58,103 bases of DNA from Pseudomonadota bacterium (GTDB lineage Bacteria > Pseudomonadota > Alphaproteobacteria > UBA9219 > RGZA01). The notes below the pieces were generated by a model. That model worked only from the letters and a program-made list of their open reading frames with translations, did no database searches and was not told where the DNA came from. How positions within the stretch are numbered: position 1 is the first letter of the stretch; each line of letters opens with the position of its first letter. The stretch lies in NCBI GenBank assembly GCA_048498415.1, contig JBEHYA010000002.1, positions 1 through 58,103 on the forward strand, read 5' to 3'. Made by a program: the position numbers and the translations under genes. Below are positions 38,798 to 47,831 of this stretch, piece by piece.

Positions 38798-39535
38798 ATG
38801 ACGGATACCACTCTTACATATAACCCGGCTTCAGCGACGGCGTATATTCTGCGCCTGCAAAAAGTTTTAGCCGACTATCAGGCCGCGAAAGATAAAACAC
38901 AAAACGCGGTCGAGCCGGACCCTTATGATAAAGAGCCCCCGCACAATGTGCCGTCGCTGAGCCAAAGCACGAGCGATGTGAACGGCGACAGCATTCAGAA
39001 CGCGCGGCCCGTGGGCGAACTCACCGGCGGCAAGACGCGCCTTAACGTCCTCAGCGCGCTGACCAAAAACGATCCCGTCGATTACTACAGTTTCAAATTC
39101 ACCAAATCGGGCCACATCAATTTCTCGATCACGCAATCCGCCGATTCCGATGGCAAGGTTGCCGTGCAGATTTTGGGCAAAGGCGGCAAGATCATTGCCG
39201 ACAGCCAGGCCACATCGGGCGCGCTGTATGATAATTACCAGGCCATCACCACCGGCACGTTCAATCTGGATGCCGGCACCTATTACGTGAAATTATCCCG
39301 TGAAGCCGGTACGCTGAACACCACCAAGCCGAATTACGCCTTCCAGCTGAATGCCGGCCGGTATTATGAAAAAGATTACCAGACCATCGAATCCCCGGTG
39401 GCGCAGGTCAGCGGGTATTATACCTCCAGCAGTACGCTGGCGGCCGCAGGCGTGAGCACCGTTTTATCGTCCATTTTCACGAACAGCGCGTCGGGTACGC
39501 AGTACGGCGGCACCCTGTTGGATGCGCTGCTGTAA
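38798..39535 (+). CDS. Hypothetical protein with pre-peptidase C-terminal (PPC)-like domain
   Basis: 245 aa. DPVDYYSFKFTKSGHINFSI...VQILGKGGKIIADS...LDAGTYYVKLSREAG...YAFQLNAG matches the PPC beta-sandwich pattern. No obvious signal peptide. Confidence 0.5.
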   Translation: MTDTTLTYNPASATAYILRLQKVLADYQAAKDKTQNAVEPDPYDKEPPHNVPSLSQSTSDVNGDSIQNARPVGELTGGKTRLNVLSALTKNDPVDYYSFKFTKSGHINFSITQSADSDGKVAVQILGKGGKIIADSQATSGALYDNYQAITTGTFNLDAGTYYVKLSREAGTLNTTKPNYAFQLNAGRYYEKDYQTIESPVAQVSGYYTSSSTLAAAGVSTVLSSIFTNSASGTQYGGTLLDALL

Positions 39536-39552
39536 TTCGCTAGACTAATTCC

Positions 39553-40353
39553 ATGCAGTTTTCGGCGATTGTCGGCAAGCTCGCACCGCATGCGGGCAAG
39601 GTGGTGGGTGCGTCGATTGGCCTAGCGGCGGGCGGCTTCTGGGGCCTGCTGGCGGGCGCCGGCGCCGGTTTCGCCTATGACCAGTGGCGCGATTTTATAA
39701 TTGATCTGCGCAATCCCTTTGCCCATACGCCGCAATATACGCAGCAGCCCGGCCTTGATATCACCACCACGCTGGCGTTTGGCACCATTGCCAGCGCGCG
39801 CGTGTATGATTTACCCGGCCTTCGTCACGAAGCGCAGTCGCTTGCCGCCTTGAAAACCCATTTCAATGCCGACAGCCACACGCTGCGTTATATCGGCAAG
39901 ATCCTGCGCGCGCCGCCGGCGCTCCATGATGCGCATGTGCCGCTGCAGCAGCTGCGCCAGCTATGCAGCAAGAACCCTGTGCGGGTACAAAGCGTCATTG
40001 GCTGCCTGCTGGATTTAGCGCAGGATAATACCCGCATGATCGACCGCGTGAGCTTTGAAGCCATTCACAATGCCGCAAAGACGCTGGGCATGGATACGGC
40101 CGGCTGGAACGCGCTGACAGCGGCCCAGCGCGTGGAAACCATGCAGGATAGCCCCTATGGCATCCTGGGCGTAACGCCGGATGCGCCGCTGCCGGAAATC
40201 ACCCGCGTCTATCGCAATTTAATTCGCGAAGCGCACCCTGACCGCTGGGGCAATGTGGCGAATAGCTATACCCAAGCCCGCCTGCAGCAGCGCGCCGCGC
40301 GCCTGAATGCGGCGTATGAACAGATCACGGCGAAAGCGGGCAGCCATGCTTGA
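39553..40353 (+). CDS. DjlA-like co-chaperone (N-terminal Gly-rich membrane segment, C-terminal J domain)
   Basis: 266 aa. N-terminal GASIGLAAGGFWGLLAGAGAGFAY and a C-terminal J domain with HPD (SPYGILGVTPDAPLPEITRVYRNLIREAHPDR...LNAAYEQI). Confidence 0.6.
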   Translation: MQFSAIVGKLAPHAGKVVGASIGLAAGGFWGLLAGAGAGFAYDQWRDFIIDLRNPFAHTPQYTQQPGLDITTTLAFGTIASARVYDLPGLRHEAQSLAALKTHFNADSHTLRYIGKILRAPPALHDAHVPLQQLRQLCSKNPVRVQSVIGCLLDLAQDNTRMIDRVSFEAIHNAAKTLGMDTAGWNALTAAQRVETMQDSPYGILGVTPDAPLPEITRVYRNLIREAHPDRWGNVANSYTQARLQQRAARLNAAYEQITAKAGSHA

Positions 40354-41023
40354 TCTGATTGCCACGCCGTCTCCCAATTTCGAAGGCCGCCCGCATGGCG
40401 CGGCGGTTAAATATGTGGTGCTGCATTACACCGGCATGCAAAGCGGCGCGGCGGCTCTTCAGCGCTTATGCGAACCGGCATCGAAAGTCAGCGCCCATTA
40501 TGTGGTGGAAGAAGATGGCCGCATGTTCAAGCTGGTGGAAGAAACCAAACGCGCATGGCATGCCGGCAAAGGCTTCTGGCGCGGCAGCAGGGATGTGAAT
40601 TCGGTTTCCATCGGCATCGAAATCGTGAACCCCGGCCATGAATTCGGCTACCGCGCGTTTCCCAAAGCGCAGATGGAAGCGGTAAAAGCCTTGTGTGCCG
40701 ATATTAAAGAACGCCATAAGCTGCCGCCTTCGGCTTTTATCGGCCATTCCGATATTGCGCCCGCGCGCAAGGAAGATCCGGGTGAATTGTTTGACTGGGC
40801 GATGCTGGCCACTGCCGGCATCGGCCTTTTGCCGGCGCCGATAGCGGGCGGGATGATGAATGAAGCCGAAGCGCGGGCGGCATTGAACAAAATTGGTTAC
40901 GACCCGGAAGCGGAATTCGGCCTCGTATTAAAAGCCTTTCAGCGCCATTTTGCGCCCAAGCATATGACGGGTGCGATGAATAGTGAGACGGCGGCAATGC
41001 TGCGCGCGGTCAGCGCTTCTTGA
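40346..41023 (+). CDS. N-acetylmuramoyl-L-alanine amidase (amidase_2, AmpD/AmiD-like) with C-terminal PG-binding-like repeat
   Basis: 225 aa from the ATG at 40346, overlapping the upstream stop (ATGCTTGA). VVLHYTGM, SAHYVVEEDG, AWHAGKGFW, NSVSIGIEIVN, IGHSDIAPARKEDPG. The tail LNKIGYDPEAEFG...FQRHF resembles PG_binding_1. Confidence 0.85.
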   Translation: MLDLIATPSPNFEGRPHGAAVKYVVLHYTGMQSGAAALQRLCEPASKVSAHYVVEEDGRMFKLVEETKRAWHAGKGFWRGSRDVNSVSIGIEIVNPGHEFGYRAFPKAQMEAVKALCADIKERHKLPPSAFIGHSDIAPARKEDPGELFDWAMLATAGIGLLPAPIAGGMMNEAEARAALNKIGYDPEAEFGLVLKAFQRHFAPKHMTGAMNSETAAMLRAVSAS

Positions 41024-41519
41024 TAGCTGCAATCACCGGCGCAAATTCTTCGGCGATCTGGCGGTAGACGTCGCGCTTGAACGGGATAATCAGTTCCACC
41101 GCTTCGTTCACATCGGCCCAGCGCCAGCGGGCGAATTCCGGGCCTTCGTGGTCGTTGTGTTTCACAAGATCAATATCCGCATCATCCGTGCCCTGAAATT
41201 CAAAGCCGAACCACCATTGTTCCTGCCCGCGGTATTTGCCGGCAAAATGTGCGTGGCGGCGGTCGAGATAATCGGGGAATTCGTAGCGCAGCAGGCCCTT
41301 GCTGCGCGCGGCAAGCCGCGCTTTGGTCACGCCAATCTCTTCCTTTAATTCGCGCCACGCGGCGGTTTCCGGCTCTTCGCCTTTCTGGATGCCGCCCTGG
41401 GGCATCTGCCAGGCACCGGGCGTATCCCGGCGTTCACCGATAAAAACCAGGCCGTCGCGGTTGATCAGCATCAAACCCGCGCATTTGCGGTAGGGCAGTT
41501 CTGGCAAAGCGCCGCTCAT
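41010..41519 (-). CDS. rppH: RNA pyrophosphohydrolase RppH (Nudix)
   Basis: 169 aa. Nudix box GGIQKGEEPETAAWRELKEEIG, preceded by PYRKCAGLMLINRDGLVFIG and WQMPQGG. Confidence 0.88.
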   Translation of the reverse strand: MSGALPELPYRKCAGLMLINRDGLVFIGERRDTPGAWQMPQGGIQKGEEPETAAWRELKEEIGVTKARLAARSKGLLRYEFPDYLDRRHAHFAGKYRGQEQWWFGFEFQGTDDADIDLVKHNDHEGPEFARWRWADVNEAVELIIPFKRDVYRQIAEEFAPVIAAIKKR

Positions 41520-42655
41520 TCGGCCATCGCCGTGATGGGCGTAAGGACCATGCGGTTCTTGTCGATCCCGTTGGTCCAGTTGATGAGTTCGCGGATGATG
41601 AGGGGGGTGGGATACACAACAACGGTCGCTTTCTTATCCTGCGGTGCGTTGGCGGTGATTTTGGTGAGCATCGCCCGCACATCCGACTGGCCCATATCGG
41701 CGGTGAGCGCATAACTCGCTTCTGCGCCCGGCATGGCCAGCTGGCGGGTGAGGGTGAAGGCGTTGCTGAGGGGCGTGAGCCGCGCATCGAGGAAGAACAG
41801 CCCGCGCGAGGCAATTTCCTTCAAAATATATTTGATCTGGTCGGGCGAGGAGGTGAGGCGCGAGCCGGTAAAAGTGGTCACACCCACATAGCCATGGCCT
41901 TTCGCCATCGCGATCTTCAGGCGTTCCATGTTTTCTTTTTGCGAATTTTTCAGCAAAAGCGTGCCGGGGCCGGGGTCGCTGGCGGGGTAATCCAACGGTT
42001 CCATGGGAAGCGACAGCAGGGTTTCATGGCCATGAGTGCGGGCGCGGTCCATCCATGCGCCGGCGGCGGGGCTATCGGTGGTGAACGCCAGCGTCACAGC
42101 GCCCGGCAGTTCCGTGATCGCGGCATCGCTGATGATGCGCGACATGCCAAGGCCGGCCACCACAATCGATACGCGCGGGCGCGGATCGTTTTTATCGAAG
42201 GGCCGGGAATACAAATACCACGGCGTGCGGCCATCGGGCGCAATGCGGGGAATGCCGCCCTGGCCAAACGGTTCTTCGAGGGCCGGGATCGGCGCGGGGC
42301 TCAGGCTTTCATTGCCCAGCCGGTCGTTGGTGGCGATGGCCTGTTTCTCGCGCTCCGAATAAATGCGGGGCACCCAGGGCTCGGATGTTTTTTCAGTTTT
42401 TGTTTTGCCGGTAGCAGTAAGCGAAATGCGCGTATCGGCGCCGCTTTTCAGGGCCGCCGGCTTGAGGAACAGGGGCGGCAGAAACACGGCGCTCGCCAGC
42501 AGCACGGCAAAGGTGCAGGTGAAGATGAAGCCGAAGAGCCGAAGATCCAGCGGCGCTTTTTCCGAAACCTCGTTCCAGCGCGCAACCACCAGGCTTTTCA
42601 GGCGGGGCAGCGGGGATTCCGGCTTCGGTTGTTCAGCGGCGGCTTCTTCGGCCAT
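41516..42655 (-). CDS. Divergent polysaccharide deacetylase family protein (YibQ-like)
   Basis: 379 aa. N-terminal TM, then RVSIVVAGLGMS...LPGAVTLAF...HGHETLLSLPMEP..YP..DPGP.TLL...GVTTFTGSR...GLFFLD, the YibQ-family pattern. Confidence 0.75.
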   Translation of the reverse strand: MAEEAAAEQPKPESPLPRLKSLVVARWNEVSEKAPLDLRLFGFIFTCTFAVLLASAVFLPPLFLKPAALKSGADTRISLTATGKTKTEKTSEPWVPRIYSEREKQAIATNDRLGNESLSPAPIPALEEPFGQGGIPRIAPDGRTPWYLYSRPFDKNDPRPRVSIVVAGLGMSRIISDAAITELPGAVTLAFTTDSPAAGAWMDRARTHGHETLLSLPMEPLDYPASDPGPGTLLLKNSQKENMERLKIAMAKGHGYVGVTTFTGSRLTSSPDQIKYILKEIASRGLFFLDARLTPLSNAFTLTRQLAMPGAEASYALTADMGQSDVRAMLTKITANAPQDKKATVVVYPTPLIIRELINWTNGIDKNRMVLTPITAMAE

Positions 42656-42664
42656 CAGGTCTCC

Positions 42665-44173
42665 TTACTTCTTGTCTTTATCGGCGGGTTTGGCATCCGC
42701 CTTGGGCTCGGGCGCCGGCACAACCGGCTGCCCGCGCTTTTCATACAGCGAAATGCCGTGCAGTAAATCAAGCGCGCGCGCCAGCTGGTAATCGAACGGC
42801 TTCTTCTTGGCATCGCGCACATCGATGGCCGGCACGTCGGCGAGATCGTCGCCTTCATCGTCGCTCGCATCATCCGGCTTGCCATCCTTGTTCTTGTCTT
42901 TCTTGTCCTTATCCAGATCGGGCACCGGCTGCAGCTTGGGCTTGTCGGCCGCGGCTTTCTCCGCGTCCTTTTTTTCCTGCTCGTTGACCAGCGCGCCGCG
43001 CAGATCGGATTCATGCAGCGTCTTGATCTTCTTCAGCTCTTCCACCTTGGCGGGCTGGACTTCGATATCCGGCTGAATGCCTTCCGCCTGAATGGAACGG
43101 CCGCTTGGCGTGTAATAACGCGCCGTCGTTAAACGCATGGCCCCGCCGTTTTGGAGGGGAATAATGGTCTGCACCGAACCCTTACCAAAAGAACGCGTGC
43201 CCACCACAATGGCACGGTGATGATCCTGCAGCGCGCCGGAAACAATTTCAGAGGCCGAAGCGGAACCGCCATTGACCATCACAACCAGCGGCTTGCCGTT
43301 GGTATGATCGCCGCCGCGGGATAAAAACACTTGATTATCTTCGCTATGCCGGCCACGCGTGGAGACCACGGGAATGGCCGACGGCAGGAAGGTGCTGCTG
43401 ACCGAAATGGCCTGGTCGAGCAGACCGCCGGGGTTATTGCGAAGATCAATCACATAGCCCACCAGCTTGCCGCCGGTCTTTTTATCGATTTCTTCCAGCG
43501 CGTTATCGAGGCCGGTCTGGGTCTGTTCGTTGAAGGTGGTGATGCGGATGTAGCCGATATCATTATCCTTTACTTCAAACTTCACCGATTTGATCTTGAT
43601 GATGGCGCGCACCAGCGTGACATCGAAGGGTTTGCCGGCCAAACCGCCGCGACGGATGGTCAGGCGAATTTTGGTATTCGGGGCGCCCCGCATTTTATCC
43701 ACGGCTTCCGAGAGCGTGAGTTCGGTGACCGGGTGGTCTTCAATATGCGTGATCAGATCGCCGGGCTGCAGGCCGGCTTTGGCGGCGGGCGTATCATCGA
43801 TGGGCGAGACGACCTTGACGATGCCTTCTTCCATGGTGACTTCAATGCCGAGACCCCCGAATTCGCCGCGCGTCTGGGTCTGCATTTCGCCGAAGCTTTT
43901 CTTATTCATATAACCCGAATGCGGGTCGAGCGAGGCGAGCATGCCGTTCAGCGAGGATTCAATCAGCTTTTCGTCGCTGATCGGGTCGACGTAATCAGCG
44001 CGCACGCGCTCCATCACATCGCTGAACAGGCTTAAATATTTAAAGGTGTCGTGGGCGTCGGGGGATTCCTCTTCCTCTTTCTTCTGGGCTTCTTCCGCGT
44101 GGAGGATTACCGGCGCGGTAAACGAAAAAGCGAGCAGGAATAACAGGGCGAAGCGGGGGAGGGTCAGCGACAT
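42665..44173 (-). CDS. ctpA: Carboxy-terminal processing peptidase (S41, CtpA/Prc-like) with charged C-terminal tail
   Basis: 502 aa. Signal peptide, PDZ (GGLGIEVTMEEGIVKVVSPIDDTPAAKAGLQPGDLI), S41 core (DLRNNPGG, NGGSASASEIVSGALQD, GTRSFGKGSVQ), then a K/D/E-rich extension of about 110 aa. Confidence 0.9.
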   Translation of the reverse strand: MSLTLPRFALLFLLAFSFTAPVILHAEEAQKKEEEESPDAHDTFKYLSLFSDVMERVRADYVDPISDEKLIESSLNGMLASLDPHSGYMNKKSFGEMQTQTRGEFGGLGIEVTMEEGIVKVVSPIDDTPAAKAGLQPGDLITHIEDHPVTELTLSEAVDKMRGAPNTKIRLTIRRGGLAGKPFDVTLVRAIIKIKSVKFEVKDNDIGYIRITTFNEQTQTGLDNALEEIDKKTGGKLVGYVIDLRNNPGGLLDQAISVSSTFLPSAIPVVSTRGRHSEDNQVFLSRGGDHTNGKPLVVMVNGGSASASEIVSGALQDHHRAIVVGTRSFGKGSVQTIIPLQNGGAMRLTTARYYTPSGRSIQAEGIQPDIEVQPAKVEELKKIKTLHESDLRGALVNEQEKKDAEKAAADKPKLQPVPDLDKDKKDKNKDGKPDDASDDEGDDLADVPAIDVRDAKKKPFDYQLARALDLLHGISLYEKRGQPVVPAPEPKADAKPADKDKK

Positions 44174-44202
44174 GAAGTTTCCGGTCTAAGACTTTGAAAA
44201 AA

Positions 44203-45333
44203 CTATTTCTGGGCGAGGCTGGTCTTGCGCATGTACCGCATCGGATCGACCGGGCTGCCATGGTAGCGCAGCTCGTAATAAAGCTGGGCACTGGCGCCTT
44301 CCGAAGGCGCGCGGCCCAAAGGCTCGCCCGCATTCACCGTCTGTCCGACCGCGACATCCACTTGTCCAAACCCGGCCAGGAACGAATGATAATCGTCGCC
44401 ATGCCTTAGAATCAAGATATTCCCGTAGCCCTTGAACGGCCCCGCGAATACCACGGCACCATCGGCGGGCGCTACGATCATATCCCCGCTTTTAACGCGC
44501 CATGTCACGCCGCGGCTGGCGGAACCCACTTCATCCGCATCGGCAAAAGCATAGATGACTCGGCCCTTGGCGGGCGCCACAATCGCCACTTTTCCGATAT
44601 CGCCTGATTGTTTTGATTTGTTTTTGAGTTTGAGGTTGGAGCTTGCAACCTTATCCATGAGGTCCTGCAGGTTCTTGGCCTGGGCGCTGAGCTCCTTGAT
44701 TTGCGCCGTCACTTCCGCACGCTGGCTTTCGGTGGCTTTGAGCCACGCCTGCCGCTGCCCCAGCAAACCATTCAGCTTGGCCTGCTTTTCGCCGAAGTTC
44801 TTCCGCGCGGCAAGAATGGCCTGCTGCTTATCCAGAATGGCGGCGCGGGTATCGTTCAGCTTGGCCAGATCCGCGCTCAGCTTCTGCGCTTTCTCGGCGA
44901 AGAAGGGCAGGGTGCGGCGAAGAAGAAGCGCCGAGCGCAAATCATCCACCGGCGCATCGGGGCGCAGCAGCAAAACTTCCGGCGGCGTGCGGGAGATGCG
45001 AAGAAGCGCCGTTAGTACATCGCTCATATGGCTTTTCTGTTCGGCCAGGGACTTCTGCTGTTCGGCTTCCTGCCGTTGCAGCACATCCAGCCGGTCCTGC
45101 AGGCCCTGCAGCTTGTCTTCGCTTTCCTTCTGATCGCGCGCGGCACGGACAAGGTTTTTGCGAAGGCTGTTTAAATCTTCCTCGGTTTTATCGACCTGCT
45201 TTTGCAGATCGGCGTCCTGCCGGCGTTTTTCTGATAAGTTCTGCTGCACCTGCCGCAAATCACCGCCCACGGTTGCGGCCAGCAGCGGCTGGCCGAACAT
45301 CAGGGTGAGGATGAGAGCAATGATAATGCGCAT
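44203..45333 (-). CDS. EnvC-like murein hydrolase activator / M23 (LytM) family protein with coiled coil
   Basis: 376 aa. Signal peptide, a long Q/E/K/L coiled-coil region, and a C-terminal LytM domain (APADGAVVFAGPFKGYGNILILRHGDDYHSFLAG...GEPLG). Confidence 0.8.
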   Translation of the reverse strand: MRIIIALILTLMFGQPLLAATVGGDLRQVQQNLSEKRRQDADLQKQVDKTEEDLNSLRKNLVRAARDQKESEDKLQGLQDRLDVLQRQEAEQQKSLAEQKSHMSDVLTALLRISRTPPEVLLLRPDAPVDDLRSALLLRRTLPFFAEKAQKLSADLAKLNDTRAAILDKQQAILAARKNFGEKQAKLNGLLGQRQAWLKATESQRAEVTAQIKELSAQAKNLQDLMDKVASSNLKLKNKSKQSGDIGKVAIVAPAKGRVIYAFADADEVGSASRGVTWRVKSGDMIVAPADGAVVFAGPFKGYGNILILRHGDDYHSFLAGFGQVDVAVGQTVNAGEPLGRAPSEGASAQLYYELRYHGSPVDPMRYMRKTSLAQK

Positions 45334-46850
45334 CAGCTGGTCAAAACCTTGCCGGTCATCGCGGCGGGTTGGGGGATACCAAGGAATTTGAGAAGCGTGG
45401 GCGCCACATCAGCCAGCTTGCCGTCATGCACGTGAACGCCCTTCGGCGCATTGATGAGAATAACGGGCACAAGGTCAAGCGTATGCGCAGTATGCGGTCC
45501 GTGCGTATCTTCATCGTACATTTTTTCGCAATTGCCGTGGTCGGCGGTGAGCAGAATAACGCCATCCTGCTTTTTCACCGCAGCTTCCACGCGGCCAATA
45601 CATTCATCCAGCGTTTCCACAGCCTTGATGGCGGCGGGCAGCACGCCGGTGTGGCCCACCATATCGCCATTGGCGTAGTTCACCACGACCAGATCAAAGG
45701 TTTTGCTATCAATGGCGGCCACCAGCTTGTCGGTCACTTCCCGTGCCGACATTTCCGGCTGCAAATCATAGGTTGCCACTTTGGGCGAGGGCACCAGAAT
45801 ACGCTCTTCGCCCGCATAGGGCGTTTCCTGCCCGCCATTAAAGAAGAATGTGACGTGCGGGTATTTCTCGGTTTCCGCAATGCGGAGCTGCTTCAGGCCT
45901 TTTTTTGCCACCAGCTCGCCCAGCGTTTCCTGAATGTCTTTGGGCGGGAACATGGTTTGCATCAGCGCGTTATGTTCCCTGGAATATTCCACCATGCCGA
46001 GCGCCGCCGCAAATTTGATTGTTTTATGCCGCGCGAAGCCGCTGAATTTTGCATCCAGCAATGCCAGTAAAATCTGCCGCGCGCGGTCGGCGCGGAAGTT
46101 GGCGAATAAAACACCGTCGCCATCTTTCATGCCGCTGTAACCGTTCAGGGCAACGGGCAGCACGAATTCATCCGTGGTGTCGGCTGCATAGCTTTCCTGC
46201 ATCGACTGGCCGGCGTTAGTGGCGGCTTTGCCTTCGCCGCTAACAATTAAACGGTAGGCCTTTTCTACACGGTCCCAGCGTTTATCGCGATCCATGGCGT
46301 AATAACGCCCGCACAGCGTGGCGAGTTTCACGCCGTTAAAGCCGGCAATATCTTTTTCTAATTGTTCCACGGATGCTTTACCACTTTGCGGCGGCACATC
46401 GCGGCCATCGGTAAACGCGTGAATAGCAACCTTCACGCCGGCTTTACTGATGATTTTCGCCAGATGCACAATATGGCTTTGATGCGAATGCACGCCGCCA
46501 TTGGATAGCAGGCCCATTAAATGGCAGGTGCCGCCGCTTTGCTTCAGCTTGGCGATAAGGTCATTCAACGCCGGGTTCTTATCAAACTCGCCGGTCTGAA
46601 TGGCGCGGTCGATCATCGGCAGATCCTGATAAATCACGCGGCCCGCGCCTAAATTCATATGCCCCACTTCCGAATTGCCCATCTGGCCATGCGGCAGGCC
46701 CACATTTTCTTCGCTGGCATCAAGCAGTGCGTGGGGGCATTCCCTGAAATAGCGATCAAGGTTGGGCGTGTTCGCCAGGCTCACGGCGTTATCCGGCGCG
46801 TCGGGCCGGTGGCCGAAGCCATCGAAAATACATAAAACAACAGGGCGCAT
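45333..46850 (-). CDS. gpmI: 2,3-bisphosphoglycerate-independent phosphoglycerate mutase
   Basis: 505 aa. VLCIFDGFG, GQMGNSEVGHMNLGAGR, SNGGVHSH, TADHGN. Confidence 0.95.
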   Translation of the reverse strand: MRPVVLCIFDGFGHRPDAPDNAVSLANTPNLDRYFRECPHALLDASEENVGLPHGQMGNSEVGHMNLGAGRVIYQDLPMIDRAIQTGEFDKNPALNDLIAKLKQSGGTCHLMGLLSNGGVHSHQSHIVHLAKIISKAGVKVAIHAFTDGRDVPPQSGKASVEQLEKDIAGFNGVKLATLCGRYYAMDRDKRWDRVEKAYRLIVSGEGKAATNAGQSMQESYAADTTDEFVLPVALNGYSGMKDGDGVLFANFRADRARQILLALLDAKFSGFARHKTIKFAAALGMVEYSREHNALMQTMFPPKDIQETLGELVAKKGLKQLRIAETEKYPHVTFFFNGGQETPYAGEERILVPSPKVATYDLQPEMSAREVTDKLVAAIDSKTFDLVVVNYANGDMVGHTGVLPAAIKAVETLDECIGRVEAAVKKQDGVILLTADHGNCEKMYDEDTHGPHTAHTLDLVPVILINAPKGVHVHDGKLADVAPTLLKFLGIPQPAAMTGKVLTS

Positions 46851-46851
46851 T

Positions 46852-47304
46852 CTATTCCCGGTGATAAGGGTGACCGGCCGCGATCGTGCCCGCGCGGTAC
46901 AGCTGTTCGATCAGCATGACGCGCGCCAGGCGATGCGGCCATGTCATTGTGCCAAAACTCAAGATAAAGTCAGCTTTTTTCAGCACCTCGTCGGTATGGC
47001 CATCGGCCCCGCCGATCAAAAACACAATATGGCGGGCATTTTGCCGCCAGCCCTTTATTTTGGCGGATAAATCAGGGCTGCTTAGCTGCTTCCCTCGGCC
47101 ATCCATAGCCACCACCACAGAATCTTTGGGGATCGCAGCAAGCAGCGCCGCCGATTCCTTTTTCTGGAGTTGCGCGGGATTGGAATCCTTGAGGTCAAAT
47201 TCGTGGATTTCAATTTCGCCTTTCAGGCGCTTTTCATATTCGGCAAACAGTTCCGCAGCGCCGCCGCTTTTCATTTTGCCGATGGCGAGGATAATAAAGC
47301 TCAC
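46852..47304 (-). CDS. rlmH: 23S rRNA (pseudouridine1915-N3)-methyltransferase RlmH
   Basis: 150-aa SPOUT fold. IGGADGH, TWPHRLARVMLIEQLYRA. Confidence 0.9.
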   Translation of the reverse strand: MSFIILAIGKMKSGGAAELFAEYEKRLKGEIEIHEFDLKDSNPAQLQKKESAALLAAIPKDSVVVAMDGRGKQLSSPDLSAKIKGWRQNARHIVFLIGGADGHTDEVLKKADFILSFGTMTWPHRLARVMLIEQLYRAGTIAAGHPYHRE

Positions 47305-47831
47305 AGGTTTTTAAGCGTATCCTGCAGCGGTGGCTCCAGCCCCCAGACTTCTTCCAGCCGGTAGAACAAACGCACTTCCGGGCGGAAGATGTGCACGATC
47401 ACATCGCCGCCATCCACCACCACCCAGTCGGCCTGCGGCAGGCCTTCCATATGCACCTCGCGCACGCCAGCCGCCACAAAAGCGCGGCGCGCATCATCGG
47501 CAATGGCTTTGACCTGCCGGTTGGAACGGCCGGAGGCAATCACAAAAAAATCGGTGAGGCTGCTTTGGCCGCGCACATCCACGGTCACCACGTCTTCGGC
47601 TTTGGCTTTATCAAGCGATGCCACGATTTTATCGCGCAGTTTTTCCAGTTCGCTATTGGCCGGCACCGCAACTTTTTTGCCGGCTTTTTTCTTCTTATCG
47701 GGCGCGTATTTCTGAATGGCCGATTTCACCAGCTTCTCGGTGGCTTTCTTGGCCGATTTGGCGGGCGAATTTTTCTTCGGCGTTAATTTAGCTGCCGGCT
47801 TGCGCGTGGTTTTTTTCTTCACAGTGGCCAT
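47301..47831 (-). CDS. rsfS: Ribosomal silencing factor RsfS with Lys/Ala/Pro-rich N-terminal extension
   Basis: 176 aa from the ATG at 47831 (GGAAGAAG upstream). RsfS core LDKAKAEDVVTVDVRGQSSLTDFFVIASGRSNRQVKAIADD...DWVVVDGGDVIVHIF, preceded by a K-rich tail of about 65 aa. Confidence 0.85.
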   Translation of the reverse strand: MATVKKKTTRKPAAKLTPKKNSPAKSAKKATEKLVKSAIQKYAPDKKKKAGKKVAVPANSELEKLRDKIVASLDKAKAEDVVTVDVRGQSSLTDFFVIASGRSNRQVKAIADDARRAFVAAGVREVHMEGLPQADWVVVDGGDVIVHIFRPEVRLFYRLEEVWGLEPPLQDTLKNL

